Shown here piece after piece: positions 15,551-24,890 of a stretch of DNA of 36,300 bases. The position numbers and the translations under genes were made by a program. The stretch is from positions 1 to 36,300 of IMG/VR virus record IMGVR_UViG_3300002092_000104. One strand, 5' to 3'. The DNA comes from a virus (taxonomy: Duplodnaviria > Caudoviricetes). The notes under the pieces were generated by a model. The model did not search any database and was not told where the DNA came from. It worked only from the letters and a program-made list of their open reading frames with translations. Position 1 is the first letter of the stretch, and the number at the start of each line of letters is the position of its first letter.

Positions 15551-18090
15551 AAGTTTGGGCGGCAAAAGAGATCAAGGGACGGATCTCAGCCCAAAATGCG
15601 GTTAAAATTCGCGCAGTAATTAAAACTTCTTTTAATGCGCGCCAAATTGTTGAAGATTATTTAGGGTCTAACCCCGATAAAACCGATAACGAAACGGCAG
15701 ACAGAGTAAGGGCAAGATCGTGGGTAATGGTTCACGTTAGAACCGATCCCAAACCTCTAGAAAAGGCGATTAACCGAGTATTAGCCGAAGGTTGGGCTAC
15801 GGGTAATAAAGCGGCGCGATCGATGATTAAAACGGCGGTAAATAAAGCGTCGGTTAGTTCAATCGCGTTGGATCCGACGGCTGACGTTTGGGCTGGATGG
15901 ACGCCCGGCGATGAAGCGGTTGCGTTATTGGTTGATCCGCCAAGCGGATTAAAAACTTTAATAGATAATTCTCAGAGTACGGCGCGAAGTGCGTTAAGCA
16001 CAAAATACGACCAAGTAGGCACGGCGTTAGCGACAGGGTTTAGGTCGGGCGAATCACTAGCGAAAATGACCGAGCGAGTAGCGGGCGTTATTGACGATCC
16101 ATCTCAGGCTTTGACGATTGCTACGACAGAGATGAGTAGAGCAACCAATCAATCTGCGATGAATTCGTATCAAAACGCGGGTTTAGGGTCGGTACAATGG
16201 TTTGGGATAGATCCTTGCCCTATATGCGCAGAAAACGATGGCGAAATTGTAGCCCTTGGCGATGATTTCCCTAGTGGCGATTCAGAACCACCAGCGCACC
16301 CAAATTGCTTATGTACGATTTTGCCAGTAATCGACGAAATGGCTTATCGGGACGTTACGGATCAAATCGATCAAGCGGCTAACGACGCGTTTAATTTTGC
16401 TCAAGCCCGCGAAGGTGTATTAACAGATTTAGTTATGGGATTGGCTGACGCGACAAATGCTACGCCAAACGGAATGGATTACCGCTTAAAACAAGTGGGT
16501 TCAATATCTCGCAAAATTGCGGATGAAATTAAAACGGGAGCGGCTAGATCACCCGAAAGCGCGGCTCATAAAATGGCGGATCTTAACCGTTATACCTTGG
16601 TTTGGGACAATAAAAATTACGTCCAAGGGGTTAAGGATTCGTTAGATTCTTTAATCCAAAAGGGCTACGAAACACGCGTTAAAAACTATTGGGAACGCGA
16701 AGATTATCGCGGCATTAACGTAGCGGTAAAAGACCGAAGCGGAAAAGAATTTGAAGTTCAATTCCATACTACCGAATCAGTAACGGTCAAAGAAGAACTT
16801 CATAAACTTTACGAAGAATATCGCGTAGAAAAAAATGACGCTAAACGCTGGAATTTGTGGAATAAGATGACCAAATTGGCAGGAAAAATCCCTGATCCGA
16901 AAGATTATCAAGATCTGCTTAAAATAGGCGATTTAAAACAAGTTCGATTTACCGATTCAATGGGTAACGTGCGCGGGACGACATCATCGTTTTCTAAATG
17001 GTATAACGTTAGAGATACTGCGCCTAAAAAGGTTGCCGAACAAGTGTTTAAGCCTATTGAACCTATGCCTGTGGTTAATGAACCTATTAAACCTATGGAT
17101 GTTATGTTTTCAGATAAGCGAAACGCGGAAATTAAAGCCCAAATAGAAGACATCAAAGGTAAATGGGTTATATCTGAAAAGGATCTTTTAAAAGAAGTTA
17201 AAAATAGTAATTCTGCTATGTATGCTACGGTTAAGAAATACTACGAAGATTTTCACAAAGATTTACCATTTAAAGATAGAAAAATTGCCGCAGAAGCCGA
17301 TCTTACTCGATTAATTTATTATATAGAGAATAATAATAGTTACGAAGATTTTAAATCTATCCTTGCTCCCGATTCTATTATTAATCCAGCAAGAATTTCA
17401 GAATTTAAGCAAGCGGAAATTGTTGCTAAAGAAAAAATTACGGAAGCGTTAAAGAATGGAAACGTAACCATAGCGATTAAAAAAGATGATTTATTCAAAG
17501 TGTTTGAAGATGGTCGCTTTAAGAATCAATTTGAAATACAAAAATCAAACGGATATTACGATCCCGAAATGAGATCAATAAGCGAAAAAACGGTACAAGA
17601 AGTGCCAGTAAATATTGATCCGGCAGAGCGTCCGATTTATGGATTTATTAGTACTGGGGAAGAAATCAAAACCACCGTACCCGACGAAAGCGCAATGAGC
17701 GGTTTGGCTAGAATTTGGGACAATAAACTTAGCCTTAATAGCGAAGCGGTTAGTCAGTATGGGGATATTCGCCTAGTTTTAAAACAGGACGTAAAAGATC
17801 GCACAACAGCGACCATTGGCGATTCACTTTATTCAGGAGTTATCGCGGATAAGGTAACGGCAGAAACTCCCGATTTATTAAATATGGGTTTTTACTATAA
17901 GGGTATTTCAGTAAACGGCATTTATCCGTCTATGAGTTATTTAGAAGCGCAGATTACTGGCGGAGTAAAGGTCGGAGATATTGCCGCGATCTATGCCCCT
18001 CAAAAAGACATTCCAAATTTAGTTGCTAAACTAAAAGAGTTAAATTTAAATATTCCGATTGTGCCTAGAAAATGGGGGATAGATTGGTAA
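15547..18090 (+). CDS. MuF (SPP1 gp7-like) minor head protein fused to RelA/SpoT-like synthetase and DUF3626-like domains
   Basis: MuF IATTE..RA…W….CPIC…PPAHPNC.C (aa ~150-262); RLK…S…K, D..RYT, KNYW, YRGIN, FEVQFHT (aa ~275-458); FKNQFE, ERPIYG, QYG, RTT.T.GDS, YLEAQI.GG (aa ~638-820). Confidence 0.85.
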   Translation: MKVWAAKEIKGRISAQNAVKIRAVIKTSFNARQIVEDYLGSNPDKTDNETADRVRARSWVMVHVRTDPKPLEKAINRVLAEGWATGNKAARSMIKTAVNKASVSSIALDPTADVWAGWTPGDEAVALLVDPPSGLKTLIDNSQSTARSALSTKYDQVGTALATGFRSGESLAKMTERVAGVIDDPSQALTIATTEMSRATNQSAMNSYQNAGLGSVQWFGIDPCPICAENDGEIVALGDDFPSGDSEPPAHPNCLCTILPVIDEMAYRDVTDQIDQAANDAFNFAQAREGVLTDLVMGLADATNATPNGMDYRLKQVGSISRKIADEIKTGAARSPESAAHKMADLNRYTLVWDNKNYVQGVKDSLDSLIQKGYETRVKNYWEREDYRGINVAVKDRSGKEFEVQFHTTESVTVKEELHKLYEEYRVEKNDAKRWNLWNKMTKLAGKIPDPKDYQDLLKIGDLKQVRFTDSMGNVRGTTSSFSKWYNVRDTAPKKVAEQVFKPIEPMPVVNEPIKPMDVMFSDKRNAEIKAQIEDIKGKWVISEKDLLKEVKNSNSAMYATVKKYYEDFHKDLPFKDRKIAAEADLTRLIYYIENNNSYEDFKSILAPDSIINPARISEFKQAEIVAKEKITEALKNGNVTIAIKKDDLFKVFEDGRFKNQFEIQKSNGYYDPEMRSISEKTVQEVPVNIDPAERPIYGFISTGEEIKTTVPDESAMSGLARIWDNKLSLNSEAVSQYGDIRLVLKQDVKDRTTATIGDSLYSGVIADKVTAETPDLLNMGFYYKGISVNGIYPSMSYLEAQITGGVKVGDIAAIYAPQKDIPNLVAKLKELNLNIPIVPRKWGIDW

Positions 18091-18266
18091 AAGGAACCGT
18101 TTTATATATAGCAGAAGATGGATCAGAGATAATTTTTGATCGATTAGACGGCAAAGAACCTTATGCTCACGTTAGATTTCCCGATGGGCGTGAATTTGAA
18201 TCTAATAAACTTGGTTCAATTTTGGCTCGCGGCTATTGGCAACCCGCGCCTGAATGGAATAAATAA
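18072..18266 (+). CDS. Small protein coupled to MuF, candidate immunity protein
   Basis: 64 aa, overlaps the MuF stop; function inferred from position only. Confidence 0.55.
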   Translation: MGDRLVKGTVLYIAEDGSEIIFDRLDGKEPYAHVRFPDGREFESNKLGSILARGYWQPAPEWNK

Positions 18267-18511
18267 TGACCAAAGATCGATGGTTTTATAAAACAGATGA
18301 TCGAAACGACATTCTTGCTATATATCGGTTAAACATTAACGATGATATTAAAAAGGTTACGGAATTGGTGTGGTTGGACAACGCGTGGATAGTAACCGAT
18401 AATTTGGTACAGATGATTACAGGCGGAGAATTCTATTTAGACGAAGTAACGCGGGAAACCGTTCAACACTTTACTCCTTATGTAGATACAAACGAATATA
18501 AATCAGAATAG
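18266..18511 (+). CDS. Small acidic protein, candidate immunity for the alarmone synthetase domain
   Basis: 81 aa; Y…R…E..W….W…G…DEVT.E pattern recalls the small proteins following Tas1/Apk2-type toxins; TAATG coupling. Confidence 0.6.
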   Translation: MTKDRWFYKTDDRNDILAIYRLNINDDIKKVTELVWLDNAWIVTDNLVQMITGGEFYLDEVTRETVQHFTPYVDTNEYKSE

Positions 18512-18520
18512 GAAAATAAA

Positions 18521-18805
18521 ATGGCATTAGTCCACTTAAATAGCACCGCCGGAACAACGGCAACAATGATTTGCCAAGTTGAAACAGGATTATCGCGCAA
18601 CGTCGCAGTTCAAATTCAAAACGGGGATAGTGCGTCGATTTGGGTTGGCGATTCAACTATTACAACATCGGGTGTAACTAAGGGACATTTAATAACTGCT
18701 GGAACAACATTTCAACTTTGGTGTAATTCGGGAGATAAAATTTACGGCATTTCTGCGGCTGGTACTGCGGCTGGTGCAGTTGTAATTACCTATTCAGGAA
18801 ACTAA
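18521..18805 (+). CDS. Small beta-sandwich virion protein, possible head decoration
   Basis: VQIQN….IWVG…TTSG..G…GDKIYGI pattern; located in the head module. Confidence 0.55.
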   Translation: MALVHLNSTAGTTATMICQVETGLSRNVAVQIQNGDSASIWVGDSTITTSGVTKGHLITAGTTFQLWCNSGDKIYGISAAGTAAGAVVITYSGN

Positions 18806-18811
18806 GGAGTA

Positions 18812-20164
18812 ATGATGAATAATTTTTCAAACGCGTATGCGCCAATTGTTAAATATGACAAAAACGGCGATGGAACTCTTATGGTTTACGGTAAGGCGAC
18901 AGATGATTCATTAGATATTGACCAACAAATCTGCGACGCAGGTTGGCTGGATCGCGCTATGCCCGAATGGTTTAAATCCGGCGGAAATATCCGCGAACAA
19001 CACTCAAATATTGCGGCGGGAGTTGCGAAAGAATATGAATCGAAAGAAGATGGTCATTACATTACTACTCTTGTTGTTGATCCCGTTAGCGTTAAAAAAG
19101 TGGAAACAGGAGTTCTTAAAGGCTTCTCAATAGGGATTAAATCTCCGCGCGTAGTGCGCGATACTAAAGCGGTAAATGGTCGGATTATTGATGGTCAGAT
19201 CGTAGAAGTGTCGCTGGTAGATCGTCCGGCAAATCCTAACGCTAAACTCATTATGGCTAAAAGCGTTGATGGCGAATCTTCATTAGTTCAAGTTGAAGAA
19301 TTTCACGAATTTAAAGCGCCACTTCCAACTGAAATTTTTAAAGAGAAGAAGGTCAATAAAGCGGGCTTGCTTATTAATCAAGCAAAAGAAATAGCCCCAA
19401 CAATTAAGAAGTTCGACGAAGCGGCATTTTCTGCGGCTCGCGACGCGCTAGCGCAGTTAGTAATTGCGGAAGCGACAGAAATGAAAGATGGCGAAGATGA
19501 ATCTATTTCGCTTAATATCCTGCTTAACGCAATTCAAGCGTTATTCCAATTTCACGCCCACGAAGCGGCAGAGGGAGAAGTAACAATGGAAAATGAAACA
19601 ACGGAATTGGCGGCTAAAGAAGCCGACGCGACTACTTTGGATACCGACGGATCACATAAATCCGTTGAAGGCGAAGAAGTAATTGCTGAAGTTATTCCTG
19701 CTGAAGAAGTCGTTGCTGAGGAAATTCCAGCAGAAGTGGTAGCCGAAGAAGTTAAGGCTGAAGAAGAAGTTTCAACCGAAGAACCAATTGAGGTTCTAGC
19801 GGAAGAAAAAACCCTGCTCGGTGACTCACAAGTCGCTGAAATATTGGAAAAAGCCGTTAAGAGTGCTAAGGAATCTGTTCAAACCGAGATTGATCTTATT
19901 AAGTCCGAGAAGTCAGCGGCAGAGAATAAGGTCGCGGAACTTGAAGCAGAACTAGCGGTAGCGGTTACAAAAGCGGTTGCTGGTGGACCAAAACGATCAG
20001 CAATCAAAGCAGGAAATGAAAACGAAAATAACGTGTTGCTTGCTAAAGCGGATGATTATGTTCGCAAGGCGGCTTCAACAACCGATCCGGATCTCGCTTC
20101 GGGTTACCGCGCGTTGGCAAAAGAGTTTTTTGCTAAAGCAGGTAAGTCTAGCGATTCCGAATAA
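18812..20164 (+). CDS. Prohead protease fused to scaffolding domain
   Basis: IREQH, LKGFSIG, EVSLVDRPANP.A protease motifs; Glu-rich coiled-coil C-terminal half. Confidence 0.9.
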   Translation: MMNNFSNAYAPIVKYDKNGDGTLMVYGKATDDSLDIDQQICDAGWLDRAMPEWFKSGGNIREQHSNIAAGVAKEYESKEDGHYITTLVVDPVSVKKVETGVLKGFSIGIKSPRVVRDTKAVNGRIIDGQIVEVSLVDRPANPNAKLIMAKSVDGESSLVQVEEFHEFKAPLPTEIFKEKKVNKAGLLINQAKEIAPTIKKFDEAAFSAARDALAQLVIAEATEMKDGEDESISLNILLNAIQALFQFHAHEAAEGEVTMENETTELAAKEADATTLDTDGSHKSVEGEEVIAEVIPAEEVVAEEIPAEVVAEEVKAEEEVSTEEPIEVLAEEKTLLGDSQVAEILEKAVKSAKESVQTEIDLIKSEKSAAENKVAELEAELAVAVTKAVAGGPKRSAIKAGNENENNVLLAKADDYVRKAASTTDPDLASGYRALAKEFFAKAGKSSDSE

Positions 20165-20186
20165 CTCTTAAAGGAGAAACCAAATT

Positions 20187-21833
20187 ATGGCACTAGAAAT
20201 GCCTCGCGCTAAGGATCTATTTGGCGACGTATCAGCAAAGTCTGCTGCTGAGAAGATGGAAGATTACACAAGTGCTCTTTCAGAATCTCTAAGCAAGTCT
20301 GTTGCTATGCCGGGTCAAGCGGTCAGCGCAACATCTGCTATCGAATCACTCGTAGCAAATAAGTCCCTATCACCAGATGTTTTATCTTCACTTAATACTG
20401 CTCTAACTGCGCAACGTGGCGCAATGGGTGATGTAGTAAAGGATATTTCCCTTACTTCACCACTTTCATCTTCTTTCGCGGCGTTCGACTTGGAAGCACC
20501 TGCAAAGTTGCTTACACCACGTCCAACACCACTTCGTAATCGTATCCCACGTAAAAAAGGTGTCGGTACTGCGCACCGTATTAAGCGCGTACTTGGTTAC
20601 ACTGGTACAGGAACTGGCGGAATTGGAAACACTTGGCCAGGAATCACAGAAACAACAACAACTACTTTCGGATCTATTGCTTACGAGCGCGGACCAAAGA
20701 TTAGTTATGCTGCCGATGATTTAATTCTTCCTTACAACTCATTCTCTCTATCAGATAGCGTTTCGTTCGACGCTAACTTCTCAGGTCTTGGCTTCCAAGA
20801 TCTACGTCAACTATCTTCAACTTCAACACTTTATGCAACAATGTTGATGGAAGAAAGAATGATGTTAATGAGCCGTGGAACTGCAACAGGTTTTGTTGGC
20901 GCTCTTGCAGCACCAACAGTTACACTTTCAGCAGTTACCGCAACAGGTTCACAAGTTGCTCTAACTAACGGAACAACTTATTATGTTTATGCAACTTCAG
21001 ACGCTGGTGCTTTTGGTGAGTCTGTTCTATCAACAGTCGCTTCACAAGCAATCACAACTGGTCAAGTTGTTAAGATCGTAGTAAGCAACGTTACAGGTTC
21101 TATCGGAACAAAGATTTATGTGGGAACTTCAACTGGTGCGGCTAACGCTCACTATGTAGGTCGCATTACATCTCTAACCGGTTTCATTAACGGCGCAGGT
21201 GCTTCATCTCTAGGTGATAACGTTGTATTTAATACAACTGGCACACTCGCTTCAACAATTACTGCTGATACCTCTGCTTACGCAACTGGCTATGATGGAA
21301 TTATCCCTACATTGCTATCTTCTGCTAGTGGAGCGATTAACGAGATCAACTCTGCGTTCTCAACCGCTAACCCGGGTGTTGAATATCAGAATGTTTTCGC
21401 AACTCTCTATGACGCAGTTAAGGCTGATCCGGACGAAGTTCTAATCAACGGTTCAGATCGCCGTCAACTATCAGACGCAATCAAGTCAGGTTCAACTGCT
21501 AATTATCGTTTAGCGATTGAAACGCCGGGCGAAGGTGGAATCACTTACGGTTCTATCGTTACTGGTCTGCAAAACGAAGTTACAGGAAAGGCTGTTGGTC
21601 TAACCGTTCATCCTTGGCTTCCACAAGGCGTAAGCCCTGTGCTTTCCTACACACTTCCAATTCCTGATACGCAAGTTTCAGACGTTTGGTCAAACTATAT
21701 GGTACAGGACTATATGGGCATTTCTTGGCCTGTAAACCAGTTCTCGTACGACTTCTCAACATATTTCCGCGGCGTATTTATGTGCCAAGCACCTGCTTGG
21801 AACGGAATCGTTTCAGGAATTGTTTCTGCTTAA
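20187..21833 (+). CDS. Major capsid protein with inserted beta domain
   Basis: Follows the protease; AAAGGAG SD; strong codon bias; DLEAPAK.L.P..TPLRNRIPR; followed by a hairpin. Confidence 0.88.
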   Translation: MALEMPRAKDLFGDVSAKSAAEKMEDYTSALSESLSKSVAMPGQAVSATSAIESLVANKSLSPDVLSSLNTALTAQRGAMGDVVKDISLTSPLSSSFAAFDLEAPAKLLTPRPTPLRNRIPRKKGVGTAHRIKRVLGYTGTGTGGIGNTWPGITETTTTTFGSIAYERGPKISYAADDLILPYNSFSLSDSVSFDANFSGLGFQDLRQLSSTSTLYATMLMEERMMLMSRGTATGFVGALAAPTVTLSAVTATGSQVALTNGTTYYVYATSDAGAFGESVLSTVASQAITTGQVVKIVVSNVTGSIGTKIYVGTSTGAANAHYVGRITSLTGFINGAGASSLGDNVVFNTTGTLASTITADTSAYATGYDGIIPTLLSSASGAINEINSAFSTANPGVEYQNVFATLYDAVKADPDEVLINGSDRRQLSDAIKSGSTANYRLAIETPGEGGITYGSIVTGLQNEVTGKAVGLTVHPWLPQGVSPVLSYTLPIPDTQVSDVWSNYMVQDYMGISWPVNQFSYDFSTYFRGVFMCQAPAWNGIVSGIVSA

Positions 21834-21850
21834 CAAAAACTGAATATAGA

Positions 21851-21890
21851 AATGATCGTGGTAGTCATATATCGGGCTACCGCGATCATT
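21851..21890 (+). terminator. 16-bp hairpin after the major capsid gene
   Basis: AATGATCGTGGTAGTC pairs with GGCTACCGCGATCATT (two G-U pairs). Confidence 0.7.
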
Positions 21891-21908
21891 ATTCGGAAGG
21901 GATAGTAA

Positions 21909-22193
21909 ATGCCAAAGATGGTTGCACCTGATAAGGGTGTTAAACAAACAGACGTAGGCGGTTACCGTTACAACGTTAATCGACAAGGCGTTTATAATGT
22001 TGAAAGTAAAAAACACGTTGAATTAATGAAGCGTGAAGGTTTTATTGAAGCGTCAATGATGGGCGCAGTTACAAACGCGGATAATATTGGCTACACTTGT
22101 ATTGCTTGTGGGTTCGGGTCGTTTTTTAAAAAATGCGGTAAATGCGGAAATGAAAATGAAAGATTAGAAACGGATGGATCAGTAAATGACTAA
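21909..22193 (+). CDS. Small protein with C-terminal zinc ribbon
   Basis: CIACG…CGKCG; SD GGAAGGGA. Confidence 0.7.
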   Translation: MPKMVAPDKGVKQTDVGGYRYNVNRQGVYNVESKKHVELMKREGFIEASMMGAVTNADNIGYTCIACGFGSFFKKCGKCGNENERLETDGSVND

Positions 22194-23079
22194 TGACGTT
22201 TCTCCATTATCACAACAATTTTCTATCCCTTATTTAACTTTAACTGAGTTTAAAAATGCGCCTACCGCTATTGATATTGATAATTTAGTTTTTAATTCAA
22301 CAGATCCGGACGCGCAGGACGCCGAATTGACTAACGTCATAGCGCGCGCGAGTAGTTACGTCGATACGTTTTGTAATCAAATTTTGGGCGCCAGTTCGGA
22401 TACGGAACAACAAAGAACTCGAGTTAAACGCGATGGGTCTATTAGATTTCACCCTAACAATTCACCAATAGTTGCTTTAACTAGTTTGTGGTACGGATCA
22501 GATCCGACACAATTAACTCAAATGACCGATCCGTCTATTTGTTGGCTAGAATCACAACAAGTAATTGTGCCTTCTAATGGACTATCGACCAATTACACGT
22601 CTCAAGGATCGCTTTCGTTAGGATCTTTTACTGGAAACACCACCGAATGTTATTTAAAATATACATACGTGAATGGTTACGCTAACGATACAATAGTCTT
22701 AGCGACGGCTGGACAATCGACAATTACGGTTGCCAATGGAATTGGATTTCACGCTGGATTAATGCTCAAAATTTATGATGGATTAAATTCAGAAAATATA
22801 ACAGTTGGAAGCACCTATACATTTGGATCCAGCACCGTGCCTTTAGCCAATCCATTAAATTATTCACACGCCGTAGGGGTTTCAATTAGTGCGTTACCAC
22901 CAGCGATTAAAGAAGCGGCTATTTTGGTTACAACGGCTATGCTTAAAGTGCGTGGCGATAATTCAATGGTTATGAACGTTACTACATCACCCGGTCATTC
23001 AACTCCCGGCTCTCAGGCTATTGCCAGCGATATTGGTATGGCACAAGAATTATTGAAACCTTATAGAAGAATTAGATAA
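22186..23079 (+). CDS. Head-tail connector/adaptor
   Basis: YLTL.EFK…IARAS..VD.FC N-terminus; LP.AIKEA…LLKPYRR C-terminus; position after the capsid gene. Confidence 0.8.
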   Translation: MTNDVSPLSQQFSIPYLTLTEFKNAPTAIDIDNLVFNSTDPDAQDAELTNVIARASSYVDTFCNQILGASSDTEQQRTRVKRDGSIRFHPNNSPIVALTSLWYGSDPTQLTQMTDPSICWLESQQVIVPSNGLSTNYTSQGSLSLGSFTGNTTECYLKYTYVNGYANDTIVLATAGQSTITVANGIGFHAGLMLKIYDGLNSENITVGSTYTFGSSTVPLANPLNYSHAVGVSISALPPAIKEAAILVTTAMLKVRGDNSMVMNVTTSPGHSTPGSQAIASDIGMAQELLKPYRRIR

Positions 23080-23564
23080 TGAGTAGATCGACAGTTCGCC
23101 AACAAGTTGCCACGTATCTTCAATCGGGATATATCTCAGGACTAAATCAAATCTTTACCTCATTCCCTAAGCGCATTAATTTTCAAGTAAACGCACAACC
23201 CGGAATTCCGTCTCGCGCGGCTCTTATTGTTTTTATTCAAAACGAAAACGAGTCGCGTATTGCTATCGGGGGCGCACATAGCGGATGGAAGCGCGTCGAT
23301 TTTAATTTAATTCTTCAGATTTATTTTCAATCGTCTCAAAATAGCGCAGAAAAAGCGATGGACGATTTTGATACACTTATTGATAGCGTCAAAGATAGGT
23401 TACGGGCAGATCATAATTTCGGGGATACAACGGGAAATATTGTTTGGCAAGGCGCAGAGCCAGCAATAACAACTTCGTATGGAGAACCCGCTACATCCGA
23501 TGGTGGAGTAACAGATATATATGCGCAAATTCAATTCTTAGTAACTGAAATGATCCAAGCCTAA
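23079..23564 (+). CDS. Tail terminator / completion protein
   Basis: R..VR..VA..L start and D.LID.VK..LR.D..G; position before the tail tube. Confidence 0.65.
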   Translation: MSRSTVRQQVATYLQSGYISGLNQIFTSFPKRINFQVNAQPGIPSRAALIVFIQNENESRIAIGGAHSGWKRVDFNLILQIYFQSSQNSAEKAMDDFDTLIDSVKDRLRADHNFGDTTGNIVWQGAEPAITTSYGEPATSDGGVTDIYAQIQFLVTEMIQA

Positions 23565-23575
23565 CAAGGAGAATA

Positions 23576-23794
23576 ATGGCAAATTATAAATATACAGGGG
23601 AAGATCAGAGAGTTTTCCCTACGATCGGCGTAATCGTTGAATCAGGCGATACGTTTGAAGCACCCGATGATTTTTCCGCATATAATGTTTTACCTGTATC
23701 CGGAAATTCAAAGCCTTCCGCACCTGCGAAAGAGCCAAAAGTAAATCCAATTACAACCCCGTCTGCCGCGACAGACTTAACCGCAGGAGCGTGA
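23576..23794 (+). CDS. Small hypothetical protein before the tail tube
   Basis: AAGGAG SD; Pro/Ala-rich tail. Confidence 0.6.
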   Translation: MANYKYTGEDQRVFPTIGVIVESGDTFEAPDDFSAYNVLPVSGNSKPSAPAKEPKVNPITTPSAATDLTAGA

Positions 23795-23798
23795 ATCA

Positions 23799-24782
23799 AT
23801 GAGCGTACAAGCATCCGTTCGTAGTTACGTTGGCATAGCCAAAGAAGTAACTAAAGGAACACCAGTAGCACCAACAGATTTTATTCCAGTATTGGCGAGT
23901 TCATTAAAGCCCGTCGATGTAATTATGCCTCTTTACGATCAGGGACTACGTGGGTCAAACGTGAATTCTTACGCGTATATTCCGGGCAGAACTCATTCAA
24001 CAGTAGATCTTGGCGGAGATGTTTTCCCCGATACAATTGGTTATTCTCTCGCTGGTGTTATGGGCGAAGTAACAACAACAGGAGCAAGCGCGCCTTATAC
24101 TCATACTATCGCGCTTAAAAATACTGCAACCGTTGGCGCGGATTCTCAACCAACCGCTTATACTTTGACCGATTATTACGCTGCAAATGTGCGCGCGTAT
24201 GGCGGACAACAATTCCACGATTTCGTATTAACATTTAACGCAGAAGGTTTGCTTTCATATACTGCTAAATCAACTGGATGGTTATCTGCAACCGCTTCAA
24301 CACCTACACCGTCATTCTCAACAATCTTGCCTACTCCGGTATGGCAAGGAACTGTTTCAATCGGTGGATCTTCCGTATCGACTGCTCTTAGCGGAACAAT
24401 CACTATGGCGCGTCCAGCAACTCCAATCTACGGAGTATCTGCGACTCAAAATCCTTACAACGTTTTCGTTGGAGCATTAACCGTTACTGGATCGTTTGAT
24501 TTTGTAATGGAAGATGATACTGAATTGACTCGTTACCTAACCAACACTCAGCCAGCCATCGTTCTAAACTGGGCGTATGGAACTGGCGCAAGCGCGGTTC
24601 AAGTTCAAGCGACAATGACTAAAGGATCTTACGTAGTAACAGGAATCGATCGTTCGAAAGATTTCGTAACTATTAAGTGCGATATTAACGCGCAAGCAAA
24701 CACAACCGATAAGGGAACTGTTGGCTATTCTCCTATAAAGTGGGTTCTACAAAACGCAAAGCCAAGCGGAACTTACGCTTAA
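23799..24782 (+). CDS. Major tail tube protein
   Basis: GIAKEVT.GT.V.PT start; 327 aa beta-rich; precedes chaperone and tape measure; no sheath gene present. Confidence 0.85.
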   Translation: MSVQASVRSYVGIAKEVTKGTPVAPTDFIPVLASSLKPVDVIMPLYDQGLRGSNVNSYAYIPGRTHSTVDLGGDVFPDTIGYSLAGVMGEVTTTGASAPYTHTIALKNTATVGADSQPTAYTLTDYYAANVRAYGGQQFHDFVLTFNAEGLLSYTAKSTGWLSATASTPTPSFSTILPTPVWQGTVSIGGSSVSTALSGTITMARPATPIYGVSATQNPYNVFVGALTVTGSFDFVMEDDTELTRYLTNTQPAIVLNWAYGTGASAVQVQATMTKGSYVVTGIDRSKDFVTIKCDINAQANTTDKGTVGYSPIKWVLQNAKPSGTYA

Positions 24783-24788
24783 TTAATC

Positions 24789-24850
24789 TCCGGAAGGGTG
24801 TAAGTGGTCGATTACCTTCCCGACTACCTCTGCACCCTTTCGGGCTTTAT
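24789..24850 (+). terminator. Two-part hairpin with anti-SD loop ATTACCTTCC and T-rich tail
   Basis: CCGGAAGGGTGTA (24790-24802)/TGCACCCTTTCGG (24831-24843); GTGGTCG/CGACTAC inner stem; CTTTATTT follows. Confidence 0.7.
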
Positions 24851-24851
24851 T

Positions 24852-24860
24852 TGCTATGAT
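24852..24860 (+). promoter_or_regulatory. Extended -10 (TG-C-TATGAT) upstream of the tail chaperone
   Basis: Near-consensus TGnTATAAT directly after the hairpin, same layout as 536-544. Confidence 0.5.
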
Positions 24861-24890
24861 GGAAGGTAACAACGAACGGAAGGTTCAAAA

